Positions 19,844 through 29,874 of a DNA stretch of 64,000 nt are shown here, in pieces; positions within the stretch are counted from its first letter, which is position 1, and every line of letters begins with the position of its first letter. A model generated the notes under the pieces. That model had not been told where the DNA came from, did no database searches, and was given only the letters and a program-made list of their open reading frames with translations. Both the position numbers and the translations under genes were made by a program. This DNA comes from Gammaproteobacteria bacterium (GTDB lineage Bacteria; Pseudomonadota; Gammaproteobacteria; Eutrophobiales; Eutrophobiaceae), in assembly GCA_965116495.1 (NCBI GenBank), contig OZ220696.1, forward strand, positions 640,001 to 704,000, in the 5' to 3' direction.

Positions 19844-21409
19844 TTACGAAGATAGGATTGGGGGATGCGTATTCAGGTTCCAGCGACTCGCCTGTTCGTG
19901 CGCGTATGCCATTTGCAGGGTCGCAAAATCTGCGTAGCGTTTGCCGATAACCTGTAGTCCCATCGGCAGCCCCCTGCTGCTGAACCCTGCCGGCACATTA
20001 ACGACCGGGCAACCGGACAATGTGCCGGGAATGACAATTTCCATCCAGCGATGATAGGTATCCATACTACGGCCGGCAATTTGCGTCGGCCAGTGGATCT
20101 CCGCATCAAAAGGGAACACCTGCGCAGTCGGCAAGACCAGGAAGTCGAATTGGGCAAACGCTTGTCGTAAGGCGCCATACCAAAGTCCCCTGGCTCTCGA
20201 GGCTGCTGCAACCTGGTCACCTGAAATAGTCTCTCCAGCTTCGATTTCCCAGATTAATTCCGGTTTCAACTGCGCACGTGTCTGCGGGTTTTGATATAAA
20301 GGCAATGCCCTGGCACGCACCAGCCAATGGCGAAAAGTCAGCCAGGTTTGCCACAATAGTTCCATGGAATAATCCAGTGTTACCTGTTCAACAATACAGC
20401 CATTGTCACGAAAGCCCTGCAGTGCTGTTTCACAAAGGGAAAGTATGCCGTCTTCCATTGGCAGGTAGCCATTGAAATCACCTAGCCAACCTATTCTTAC
20501 ATCCCTGAAATCCTTCGCCAGAGGCCGGCTGAACTGTGCCGGATCAAGCTTCAGTGATGTTGGAGACCCGGGGTGATAACCGGCCATGGTCGATAACAAC
20601 ATGGCGGTGTCCCGTACATTTCTGCCCATGGGGCCATTACAGGGTAATTCTTCAATAAAGGATTCGCTCAAAGGCACCAGGCCCGGCGTGGGCCGATAGC
20701 CGATGACATTATTAAAGGCAGCGGGATTACGTAATGAGCCCATTAAATCACTGCCGTCCGCGACCGGCAACATCTGTAAAGCCAATGCGGCTGCGGCGCC
20801 ACCACTGCTGCCGCCGGCTGAACTGCGCCCATCATAAGCATTGACAGTGGCGCCGAAAACGGGATTGTATGTGTGCGAACCAAGGCCGAATTCCGGCACG
20901 TTGGTTTTACCGATGATGATGGCGCCGGCGTCTTTAATGCGTGCTACATGGATTGAATCCTCTGCGGCAATATTGTCCCTGAATATCGGTGAACCCCGGG
21001 TGGTTTTCAGTCCTTCGGCATCCGCGAGATCCTTTATCGCTATTGGAAATCCATGCATCCAGCCCCTGTTGGTTCCCTGTGCCAGTTCCCGGTCGTATTG
21101 GGTCGCCTGCAGCATTAAAGAATCAGGGTCCTGCAGAGACACGATAGCGTTAAAGACAGGATTGATGTTCTCGATATGAGCCAGGTAGGCTGACATCACT
21201 TCTTTACAGGAAAGCGCCCTTGTGCCGATTGCCTGGGAGAGTTCCAGCGCAGTCAAACTCACGATACCGGTTTTATCGACAGGACCCGCACGGAGCAAAG
21301 GACCGGGTAAACCTGTTAATAGCGCGGCAGATGCAAGACCTGAACCTGCCCGCTGGAGAAAGTCACGGCGAGACAGCCCGGATCGGTTGTGCTTATTGCT
21401 GTTATTCAC
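19844..21409 (-). CDS. Tat-exported amidase-signature family enzyme
   Basis: SRRDFL Tat motif; IAIKDL, GKTNVPEF, AGGSSGG, GSDLMGSLRNPA (Lys-Ser-Ser triad). Confidence 0.92.
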   Translation of the reverse strand: MNNSNKHNRSGLSRRDFLQRAGSGLASAALLTGLPGPLLRAGPVDKTGIVSLTALELSQAIGTRALSCKEVMSAYLAHIENINPVFNAIVSLQDPDSLMLQATQYDRELAQGTNRGWMHGFPIAIKDLADAEGLKTTRGSPIFRDNIAAEDSIHVARIKDAGAIIIGKTNVPEFGLGSHTYNPVFGATVNAYDGRSSAGGSSGGAAAALALQMLPVADGSDLMGSLRNPAAFNNVIGYRPTPGLVPLSESFIEELPCNGPMGRNVRDTAMLLSTMAGYHPGSPTSLKLDPAQFSRPLAKDFRDVRIGWLGDFNGYLPMEDGILSLCETALQGFRDNGCIVEQVTLDYSMELLWQTWLTFRHWLVRARALPLYQNPQTRAQLKPELIWEIEAGETISGDQVAAASRARGLWYGALRQAFAQFDFLVLPTAQVFPFDAEIHWPTQIAGRSMDTYHRWMEIVIPGTLSGCPVVNVPAGFSSRGLPMGLQVIGKRYADFATLQMAYAHEQASRWNLNTHPPILSS

Positions 21410-21488
21410 GATCTTGCGCCCATAGGGTTACGTCCATAGATTTTGAAAACAGTGTTTTCCTGCATTGTTGATTTTCAGGATATTTGTA

Positions 21489-23273
21489 CTACCTGTTCCA
21501 GGGTGCCGCTATAATGGTCTGAGGTTTTTGATAGACAAGTTTGCCTTCAAAGAAGGTCATTTCGACGCTGGTATCGCTAATTTGCTCTGCAGGTATCTCA
21601 AACAGGTTGTGATTGAGCACAATAAAATCTGCCAGCTTCCCAACCGCCAGTGAACCTGTTTTGTTATCGATTTTCAATGCCCTGGCGCCTCCCAGCGTGA
21701 AAATTTCAATCGTTTCCTCCAGGCTGATGGCCTGTTCCGGCCAGATCGTTCCCACGTGACGGTGTAAGGGGTCGGCACGCGTGATAAGCGCTTCAAAGCC
21801 TGTCCAGGGGTTCATGTCCGGAACTGCAGAAGGCCAGTCGGAACCTGCCACTATGATGGCTCCATTATCCAGTAAATCGCGCGCAGGCCAACCTAGCGTA
21901 GCACGTTCTCCCACAGCCCCAACAATAGAGTCAACTATCGGGGAGGGAAACCAGATATAAGGTGATAAATCAGCCACTACATTCAATTTGGCAAAACGTG
22001 GAATGTCTGCGGGATCGATATATTCAGCATGGGCTAACTCATGACGTAGACCGCTGTCTCCATTTGTTTCTCTTGCAGCCTCAATCGCATCAAGGGCTAC
22101 CCGTATTGCACGATCACCAGCGGCATGGATCTTCACCGTAAAACCTGCACGATCAAGTTCGGTTACCGCCTCGGTCAGTTTCTCAGGACTCAGGTGTAAT
22201 GAACCGTAGTTATCGTCTGCACCCTCGTATTCCGGTAAGTAAGGGGCCAGCATGGCTGCAGTCCTGGAAACGGTGGGGACGCCATCAAGGAATATCTTTA
22301 CAAAATTTGTCAATAAGTGTGTGGATTTGTATTGCTCTCTCAGCGAAACGAAGTTATCGATATTTAACGCGTTTTTGTTATCTCCAACTGCCTCGTACAA
22401 GCAGGTTGCGACATGTGCACTCAGCTCATTCGCTTGCTCAAGATTATAAAACCCCGCTACTTCGGCCGCGCTGGCGCTGGCATCCTTAAACCCGGTGATA
22501 CCCATCTCATTCGCGTGATTGACCGCATATTTTGCCCCGGCCTGGTAACTTGCCATATCCCACTCCGGTACAATTTTGTTCATGACGGTAAATGCTTCAA
22601 CCAACAAACCATTAGGTTGACTGCTTCCGGATTCACGCTCGAATTTACCGCCGGGTGGGTCTTCACTCTCACTATTTATGCCGGCCAACTCCAGCGCCTT
22701 AGAATTTACCCACATGTTGTGTCCGGAATCATCACGTAATATGACAGCTTTGTCACCTGACCATTTATCCAACCATTGTCTGGGGGAGCCAAGGTCATTA
22801 TTGACAAAAAAATCACTTGTCCATTGTCCGCCCTGTATCCACTCAGCGTCCGGCTGCTCATCGACACATTTGCTGACTGTTGCAGCAATTTCATCAGGCG
22901 TTGCTGTGAAAGGGAAATTACATTGGAAGAGGGTCTTGACCCCTCCCCATGCCGGGTGTACATGGGCATCGATAATACCCGGCATAACAAATTGACCTCC
23001 CAGATCGTACACACGCGTCTGTGCACCACGCAGTAAAGTTATTTCAGCAGTAGTTCCCAGCCTGCTTACTTTGCCGTTGCGTATGGCGAGGGCATCCACC
23101 CATCGGTCGTCATCCGTTTGAGTGTAAATCCTGCCGTTGATAACAATGGTATCGGCGCTATGGTTTTGTGGTATCTCTGCGGGTTCTTGACTGTTGCAGC
23201 CTGCCATTATAAACAGGACAACGCACAAAACTGAAAAGTGAAACCCGGATTTTCTGTTCACGTCGATAGACAT
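21489..23273 (-). CDS. Lipoprotein amidohydrolase (Amidohydro_3/YtcJ-like)
   Basis: Lipobox MAGC; PGIIDAHVHP, KIFLDG, KIHAAGD, RHELAH, GSDW. Confidence 0.9.
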   Translation of the reverse strand: MSIDVNRKSGFHFSVLCVVLFIMAGCNSQEPAEIPQNHSADTIVINGRIYTQTDDDRWVDALAIRNGKVSRLGTTAEITLLRGAQTRVYDLGGQFVMPGIIDAHVHPAWGGVKTLFQCNFPFTATPDEIAATVSKCVDEQPDAEWIQGGQWTSDFFVNNDLGSPRQWLDKWSGDKAVILRDDSGHNMWVNSKALELAGINSESEDPPGGKFERESGSSQPNGLLVEAFTVMNKIVPEWDMASYQAGAKYAVNHANEMGITGFKDASASAAEVAGFYNLEQANELSAHVATCLYEAVGDNKNALNIDNFVSLREQYKSTHLLTNFVKIFLDGVPTVSRTAAMLAPYLPEYEGADDNYGSLHLSPEKLTEAVTELDRAGFTVKIHAAGDRAIRVALDAIEAARETNGDSGLRHELAHAEYIDPADIPRFAKLNVVADLSPYIWFPSPIVDSIVGAVGERATLGWPARDLLDNGAIIVAGSDWPSAVPDMNPWTGFEALITRADPLHRHVGTIWPEQAISLEETIEIFTLGGARALKIDNKTGSLAVGKLADFIVLNHNLFEIPAEQISDTSVEMTFFEGKLVYQKPQTIIAAPWNR

Positions 23274-23381
23274 CGCAAATTATAGAATAAGATTTCCATC
23301 TTTTACAAAATATGATACATTATTTTCATTTAGGCAGCCAATCTGCCCAACACACTTGAAGTTCTCCGGAGAGTTGTAATT

Positions 23382-25793
23382 ATGATAAGAAAATTCAGCG
23401 CCTTAGGCGTGATATTAGGGATGTTTATTCCAGGCTTGGCGATAGGGCAGGCCATAGAAGAGGTTGTCGTCACCGCACAAAAACGAGAGCAAAGTGTAAA
23501 CGACATTCCCATAGCCATCAGTGTGTTTGCCGGAGCGGAACTCAAAGAGCGTGGCCTTGTGAGTGCGGAAGACATTGCGCTGATGACACCCGGTCTGACC
23601 GTTAATGCAACCGCAGCGACCGGCGTTCCCAATTACACTATCCGGGGAGTGGGCTTTCAAAATCCGTACACGGCCTCCTCCTCAACAGTTGGCCTGTACT
23701 TCGATGAAGTCTCAATACCCTACACCGTAATGAGTCGTGGTTTGCTGTTCGATATCGAGCGGGTCGAGGTGCTCAAAGGCCCGCAAGGCGATTTGTACGG
23801 TCGTAACACCACTGCGGGGCAGATGAACTTCGTCAGTAACAAACCGACCGACGAATTCCAGGCCGGGGTCACAGTCGGGTACGCCAGCTACAACAGGGTG
23901 GACGCGGAAGGGTTTGTAAGCGGCAGCCTCGGTGAATCGATTCGAGGCCGTGTCGCTGCACGTACTGTCCAGTCCTCTGACGGTTGGCAGGAGAGCCTGA
24001 GCCGTCCCGGCGATGAACTCGGAGAGCTAGATACTACGGCGGTACGCGCTTTATTCGATATTGATCTTGGAGAACGCGCCAATTTGCTGCTCAATGTTCA
24101 CCATGTCGATGATCAATCCGACAATCGGGCAAACACAGCTTACGGCGTCGCGGATGGGGGTGTCTATCTTGGACTGGAGGATTATGTTTTACCCGGAGGG
24201 GCGAATTTCGGTGAACCGATTCCCTGGTATAACATCGGCGATAATGAAGCTGCCGACTGGACCAATAGTTACACCAATCCAATCACCGGGACGACCTGGG
24301 ATCTGCGGCCAAAACGTGACAACCAGACGACCGGTGTATCAGCGAAGGTAAACCTGGATTTAACCGATAGTATTACTGTCACGTCGATTACCGCATACGA
24401 TCAGTTCGATCGCGTCGAGGCTGCGGATTGGGACGGTGTTCCCTCCAATGATTCAAGTAATATCAACACAACTGACCTTTCGGTTTTTTCGCAGGAACTG
24501 CGATTTTCGGGCGGTGACGACAATCTGAACTGGATAGCCGGCGCCTACTACTCGAAAGATGATATGGACGAGTATTACCATTACTTCATGTCCGGCTCCC
24601 GTTTCGGCTCAGGTTCAATTCCGTTTGGTGTATTGCCGTTCGCGATCAGTCCGATTCATGAACTCGATACGATTTACACACAGGAAACTGAATCGATCGC
24701 CGGTTTCGGCCACGTCGAATGGCGCTTTGCAGATGCCTGGCGCCTGACCCTGGGCGGCCGCTACACCGATGAAAAGAGACGCTGGTCCGGCTGTACATAT
24801 TCCGCCTCCGACAACAGTCTCGGGGCACTGTGGAATATTCTGTTCGGCGCATCGCTGCAGGCAGGAGATTGCGGCACGATTGATGATGATCCGGATTCAC
24901 CCACCAATATTCTGGCCATGCTTATTGCTGGCACGCCCAGCTTGGGGTTCCAACCGCTGACGCGCACGATCAAAACAGGTCGAGCGATGGGTAGAGCCTC
25001 CATTGATTACCAGTTTAATGACGATGTTCTGCTCTACTTCACCGTCGCAAACGGTTTCAAATCAGGTGGTTTTAACGGTGCCAACTCGAACAGCACACGC
25101 CAACTTGAACCAATACGGCCGGAGAAACTGACCTCCTTCGAGGGTGGATTCAAGGCGACCTTGCTCGAAGGCAGCTTGCAGTTCAATGCTTCCGGATTTT
25201 ACTACGACTACAAAGACAAGCAGGAAAGCGAGACTGCTATCACCTTTGTTGGTCCTATTGGCGGTCTTGGCAATGTTGATCAATCCGAGGTTATCGGTGC
25301 GGAGGTTGATTTGCGTTGGGTTCCGGCCGACACCTGGGATCTTCGGTTTACCGCTGCATGGCTTGATACCAAAATCAAGGAGTGGGAGACTCCCGACCGC
25401 GCCCTCAGTGCCTGGCCTGAACCACTGGTATTGATGGATAACTCGGGGAAAGAATTACCTCAGGCACCTGAACTTCAGACCAGCGCGCTGGTCGCAAAGG
25501 AATGGCATTTTGGCAATTGGGTACTGGACGCGGCGATAGACTATAGCTGGTCGGCCAGTACGTCGGGTGGTGAGAGCCCGGTCGATGCGACGAAATCATA
25601 CGGCGTTGGAAATGGGAGACTGGGTTTTGGTTCAGCTGACGGCCGCTGGCGCGCGCTTGTCTGGGTTCGCAATTTTACCGACAAATATTACTTCCCGAGC
25701 GCGTACCAGGGTGGGAACGCGACCTTGATACGTGCACCCGGGATGCCGCGTACCGCGGGAGTTTCAATCAGCTACAATTTTGGTGCCTATTAG
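23382..25793 (+). CDS. TonB-dependent receptor (paralog of 15002-17431)
   Basis: IEEVVVTAQKREQ, ERVEVLKGPQGDLYGRNTTAG. Shares PYTVMSRG, WSGCT and GDCGTIDDDP with the first TBDR. Confidence 0.95.
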   Translation: MIRKFSALGVILGMFIPGLAIGQAIEEVVVTAQKREQSVNDIPIAISVFAGAELKERGLVSAEDIALMTPGLTVNATAATGVPNYTIRGVGFQNPYTASSSTVGLYFDEVSIPYTVMSRGLLFDIERVEVLKGPQGDLYGRNTTAGQMNFVSNKPTDEFQAGVTVGYASYNRVDAEGFVSGSLGESIRGRVAARTVQSSDGWQESLSRPGDELGELDTTAVRALFDIDLGERANLLLNVHHVDDQSDNRANTAYGVADGGVYLGLEDYVLPGGANFGEPIPWYNIGDNEAADWTNSYTNPITGTTWDLRPKRDNQTTGVSAKVNLDLTDSITVTSITAYDQFDRVEAADWDGVPSNDSSNINTTDLSVFSQELRFSGGDDNLNWIAGAYYSKDDMDEYYHYFMSGSRFGSGSIPFGVLPFAISPIHELDTIYTQETESIAGFGHVEWRFADAWRLTLGGRYTDEKRRWSGCTYSASDNSLGALWNILFGASLQAGDCGTIDDDPDSPTNILAMLIAGTPSLGFQPLTRTIKTGRAMGRASIDYQFNDDVLLYFTVANGFKSGGFNGANSNSTRQLEPIRPEKLTSFEGGFKATLLEGSLQFNASGFYYDYKDKQESETAITFVGPIGGLGNVDQSEVIGAEVDLRWVPADTWDLRFTAAWLDTKIKEWETPDRALSAWPEPLVLMDNSGKELPQAPELQTSALVAKEWHFGNWVLDAAIDYSWSASTSGGESPVDATKSYGVGNGRLGFGSADGRWRALVWVRNFTDKYYFPSAYQGGNATLIRAPGMPRTAGVSISYNFGAY

Positions 25794-25819
25794 CCTCAAG
25801 TAGCAAGCTGTCTAACTGG

Positions 25820-25852
25820 AAGCGGCGCACATTTCGTGCGCCGTTTTCTTTT
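25820..25852 (+). terminator. Rho-independent terminator
   Basis: AGCGGCGCAC-atttc-GTGCGCCGTT followed by TTCTTTT. Confidence 0.8.
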
Positions 25853-25878
25853 GTTTAGGCGAGAGAGATATGGAACGC

Positions 25879-27501
25879 CTATTGAGCGAGCAAGATATAG
25901 CACATGATTGTCAATATCGTTATCGTGATGCCCATGTGTCTGGCGTAGGCCCAGGGCGTGAGATCGATGTTGCAGGCTGGTGTGTCACGCTTCGGCATTT
26001 CGGCGGGCTTGAAATAACTGATGAGGAGCATCAGAGCAGTCGTTAATACGAACACAATGGCAAGAAAGTGTAGAAAATGGATATCATCCTGCAACTGGAA
26101 CGTTGATTTCAGGTACAACTGGACCTGGTCGCCTAAAGCGAAAACCAGCACATAAAATAGAACAGGCCCTAAGATAAGCCCGCATTTTGCGGCCGTTGCA
26201 GTTGTGTTCCTGGTGAGGAAACCAAGCATGATAACGGCCAGTACCGGGCCAAAAAAAGTCGCGTTAATCTTCTGCATGTAATTAAAAAGACTGCCGCTAG
26301 TGTCGATCAAGGGAGCGGCGATCATGGCTGCGACAGCCAGAACGATGCTGCACAAACGTCCAGATAAGACCACCTGTCTTCCGCTTGCCTCCTTGTTAAT
26401 TAGTGTTCGATAAACACCCTCACTGAAAAGAGCGGCAGAACTGTTAAGTACACTGTTAAATGTACTCAGCACGGCGCCGACCATAACGGCCGCAAAAAAA
26501 CCAACCAGGACCGGCGGCAATACTGTGGTCACCAGCGTCGGGTATGCCAGTAAATAGTCTTCCGGCGCCAGAGAATCCTTGAACATGTGATAGGCAATGA
26601 TGCCGGGCAAAACGATGATGAAAGGACCGAGCAGTTTGAAACCTGCTGCGATAAAGATTCCCTTTTGCCCCTCAGACAAGGACTTTGCGCCGAGTGTGCG
26701 TTGCATGATCGATTGATTCGTACACCAGAAAAAGATCTGGTTCACAATCAGGCCGGTAAACAAAACGCCGAACGGCAGGAAAGAACCGGGTTCGTCACCC
26801 GTGATGTCGAACTTGGGGCGTTCATCCGCATACACTTCGACCAGCCCGGTCCAGGGGTTGCCGTCACCAATCATTTGCAGGGCCAGCACCGGTATCAACA
26901 AACCGGCAATCAGGAAGCCAATGCCGTTTATCGTGTCTGATATTGCGACGGCCCTGAGGCCACCCAGAATAGCATACAAGGAACCGAGAGTTCCGACGCT
27001 CCATACAATCAGCCAGTTTGCATGTAGTTTACTTATGCCAAAAGCTTCTGAAACATTGAACAGGCTCTCTATTCCTGTTGCTCCAAACAACAACACAGCC
27101 GGCAGAATCGCGACAACATAGGAAAACAGGAACAACATGGTTGCGATAATGCGCGTGTGCGAATCATAACGATCCGCCAGGTATTGCGGAATAGTGGTCA
27201 AGCCGTGTTTAAGGTAACGGGGCAGAAAGTAAAGTGCAGCCACAACCATTGCCAGCGCGGCGGTGGTCTCCCAGGCCATAACCGCAATTGTGTGGCGGAA
27301 CGCATCACCGTTTAAACCGATAAGATGCTCGGTCGATAGATTTGTCAGCATGAGCGAACCGGCGATCCACCATGCAGTCAACCGGCGGCCACCGAGAAAA
27401 TAATCTTCGGAAGACCTCATATGATCTTTGCGCGTCATCCAATAGGCGACAAACGCGACAACGGCGGTGAAAACTACGAAGGAACTTATGGTTGAGAACA
27501 C
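25879..27501 (-). CDS. Sodium:solute symporter (YidK-like, probable inositol/sugar transporter)
   Basis: DYFLGGR, SLMLTNLSTEHLIGLNG, GGLRAVAISD, FWCTNQSIMQR. Last gene of the iol operon. Confidence 0.9.
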   Translation of the reverse strand: MFSTISSFVVFTAVVAFVAYWMTRKDHMRSSEDYFLGGRRLTAWWIAGSLMLTNLSTEHLIGLNGDAFRHTIAVMAWETTAALAMVVAALYFLPRYLKHGLTTIPQYLADRYDSHTRIIATMLFLFSYVVAILPAVLLFGATGIESLFNVSEAFGISKLHANWLIVWSVGTLGSLYAILGGLRAVAISDTINGIGFLIAGLLIPVLALQMIGDGNPWTGLVEVYADERPKFDITGDEPGSFLPFGVLFTGLIVNQIFFWCTNQSIMQRTLGAKSLSEGQKGIFIAAGFKLLGPFIIVLPGIIAYHMFKDSLAPEDYLLAYPTLVTTVLPPVLVGFFAAVMVGAVLSTFNSVLNSSAALFSEGVYRTLINKEASGRQVVLSGRLCSIVLAVAAMIAAPLIDTSGSLFNYMQKINATFFGPVLAVIMLGFLTRNTTATAAKCGLILGPVLFYVLVFALGDQVQLYLKSTFQLQDDIHFLHFLAIVFVLTTALMLLISYFKPAEMPKRDTPACNIDLTPWAYARHMGITITILTIMCYILLAQ

Positions 27502-29003
27502 TACTTTCGAAGTACCTGGATGTGACTCCCGTCGGCACGCTTATGGATCAGGTTCTGTGGGGCGATACCTTTTTCCACCCACTCGATGAGCGCGGAGATC
27601 CAGTCAACAGCAGGGTAGGAGCCGTCACTGTGTTTGGCGCCGGGTATGATGAAGAAGTTTGCGTTATCTGCGACATTGATATTACTTCCCTTTGCAATTG
27701 CTGCCGCCGTTTCCAGCATCTGTGTGAACATACGCTCATGATCTTTTGCCGGGTGCAGGTTGTCGATGCCGCCATGCCAGCTGATCAGTTTCTTTCCTGA
27801 GGCAACATATTGAGCGATGGCGATCATGTCGTGTCCGGCGCCGGCCCTTCGCATTCCGGCGATGATCATGTACTGGTCCCGATTGGCGTCGAAGGCTGCC
27901 AGCCTTTCGGGTGTCAACCACGCTGCATCACCGGTTGCAATCAGTCCACTGATGCCGGCGTAGGCGGGGAAGTATTGGGCGAAATCGCTGAAATCAGTCC
28001 AGGGAAAAGCAGATGAAATAACATTGCCATCGGCATCGACAATGTCTGACAGAAGCATTTCCAGCGTGTCAACCTGAGCAGTTGAGAGGCACTGTTCCGA
28101 TGGGGTTGTTTCGCAGGCCAGTGACTGTGGAGAAAAATCACACTCGTAAGGATTCATCATGATTCCGTCCAGTGTGCCGTCGTTACCATCACAGTGAGAC
28201 AACGCTGCCTGATAGGCGTATTTGTATTGTTTGTCAGATGGTACGGCAGCGGTTCCCGCAATGCTGCCGATCCTGGCCCAGGCAATAGCGGTGCCCGAAA
28301 TATTCATGGTCTCCTTACCGGCAATGATTCCATCAAAATGTTGGGGCCAGCGTTCCGCAACGATGTAAGCATGGCGCCCGCCGTTTGAACTGCCGTTGAA
28401 ATATCCATAGTCCGGTAATCGGCCATACAATTTTGTTGTCAAACCATGGGCGAAATCGAGCGTTTCCTGAAGAGCCAAATAAGAAAAATCCCTGAATGAC
28501 GCCTTTGCCTCGGTTCCGTCACCTAGCCACACCTCCGGTCCAGCCTGACCCGGTGTGTCCATGCGATGACCACCATTGGAAGCGGCATAGACTGCATCGT
28601 AGTCAGTCACAACGGGGTGTAATGTAATCGCTTTGTCAGCTCCGTTGCGGCCGATGGCTGATGATATCCTGCCATCTATGCCGCTGCCACCTTGCTGCAG
28701 GTAGCGACCCGACCACCTGGCTGGCAGCACGACTTCAATATCCAGAAAGGGCGGCCGATGACCGGTCACTCTACACACCTCGTGCGATCCATTTGCATCA
28801 ATTCGCAGCCATTCAGTACCAGTGACCGCTATGCCACGGATATTTTCTCCTGACAGTTGCCGGCAGTTTTCATCATCGGCTTGCGGGTAGACCCGGGTGG
28901 AGGCAAGCAGAAAAACAGCTGTGACCAGGAGCAATGAAGATAAACCGGTTATCCTCACACTGCTGTGCCGCTCAAATCCCAGCGATTTTTTGAGTTCGTT
29001 CAT
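27501..29003 (-). CDS. Exported tannase/feruloyl esterase family alpha/beta hydrolase (atypical active site)
   Basis: EVVLPARWSGRYLQQGG, YFNGSSNGGR, FDGIIAG, CDGNDGTLDG...CDF, GKKLISWHG, LIEWVEKGIAP, N-terminal hydrophobic segment. Confidence 0.85.
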   Translation of the reverse strand: MNELKKSLGFERHSSVRITGLSSLLLVTAVFLLASTRVYPQADDENCRQLSGENIRGIAVTGTEWLRIDANGSHEVCRVTGHRPPFLDIEVVLPARWSGRYLQQGGSGIDGRISSAIGRNGADKAITLHPVVTDYDAVYAASNGGHRMDTPGQAGPEVWLGDGTEAKASFRDFSYLALQETLDFAHGLTTKLYGRLPDYGYFNGSSNGGRHAYIVAERWPQHFDGIIAGKETMNISGTAIAWARIGSIAGTAAVPSDKQYKYAYQAALSHCDGNDGTLDGIMMNPYECDFSPQSLACETTPSEQCLSTAQVDTLEMLLSDIVDADGNVISSAFPWTDFSDFAQYFPAYAGISGLIATGDAAWLTPERLAAFDANRDQYMIIAGMRRAGAGHDMIAIAQYVASGKKLISWHGGIDNLHPAKDHERMFTQMLETAAAIAKGSNINVADNANFFIIPGAKHSDGSYPAVDWISALIEWVEKGIAPQNLIHKRADGSHIQVLRK

Positions 29004-29865
29004 TGTCGTTTCCTGAGGTCTGGTAGCGGTAGTCTGACGGAGCCAATAGTCTCATGATTGAGTCCACGCAGGATTCCAGGTCCGGCATGATACGGTTAAA
29101 GAAAAAAAGGCGATCGAATTCATTGGGATACTCCTGCATAAGCCGGCGCAGGCTTTCACCGAATGTCATACGCAAAGAGGTGCCAACGTTGCATTTTGCG
29201 ATTCTGGTGAGTGCCAGCTTACGCAAATCGTCGTCTCTGACACCCGTCACACCATGGAGCACGAGGGGTTGTTTCACGACCTGTGCGATTGCCTCGAGAC
29301 GGTCGAAATAAATATCACAGCCTGGTTTTTCCAGTCTGTGCACGTTGCCGATTGACACCGCAACGGCATCTACACCACTGTCACGGGAGAATATCAGCGC
29401 CTCCTCCGGATCAGTCAGTTCATGACGAATGTGGCTGTTGCCCGTGTGATATGAGACGGACCCGATCTCCCCCTCGATACTGATGCCATTCGCATGCGCC
29501 AGTTCGACAACTTTCCTTGTATGGGCAATGTTTTCCGCAAGTGGCAACTGAGAACCATCGAACATCACCGACGCAAATCCAGAGTCGATCGCCTGACGAA
29601 TGATTTGTTCGTCCATACAATGATCCAGGTGTACGCACACAGGAACTGAGGCGGTCTCCGCGATTTTGTTGAGGAGCGCGCCGATCAGGGATACGTGCAT
29701 GTACTCAACAAAATTTTTGTTTGCAGCGAGGATCACCGGCAATCCAAGCTTTTCAGCGACGTTGGTCACGGCGCGGGCGTCTTCGTAGCCGAATACATTG
29801 AAGCAGGGAACGGCGTAGTCGGACGCGGCAGCCCGCGGAAGTAAATCGTTGAGATTTGCACGCAT
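28972..29865 (-). CDS. Class II aldolase (IolJ-like 2-deoxy-5-keto-gluconate-6-P aldolase)
   Basis: YAVPCFNV, VHLDH, SVMFDGS, EGEIG, AVSIGNVH, LVLHG, in an iol context. Confidence 0.85.
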   Translation of the reverse strand: MRANLNDLLPRAAASDYAVPCFNVFGYEDARAVTNVAEKLGLPVILAANKNFVEYMHVSLIGALLNKIAETASVPVCVHLDHCMDEQIIRQAIDSGFASVMFDGSQLPLAENIAHTRKVVELAHANGISIEGEIGSVSYHTGNSHIRHELTDPEEALIFSRDSGVDAVAVSIGNVHRLEKPGCDIYFDRLEAIAQVVKQPLVLHGVTGVRDDDLRKLALTRIAKCNVGTSLRMTFGESLRRLMQEYPNEFDRLFFFNRIMPDLESCVDSIMRLLAPSDYRYQTSGNDNERTQKIAGI

Positions 29866-29874
29866 GGGTATCGG

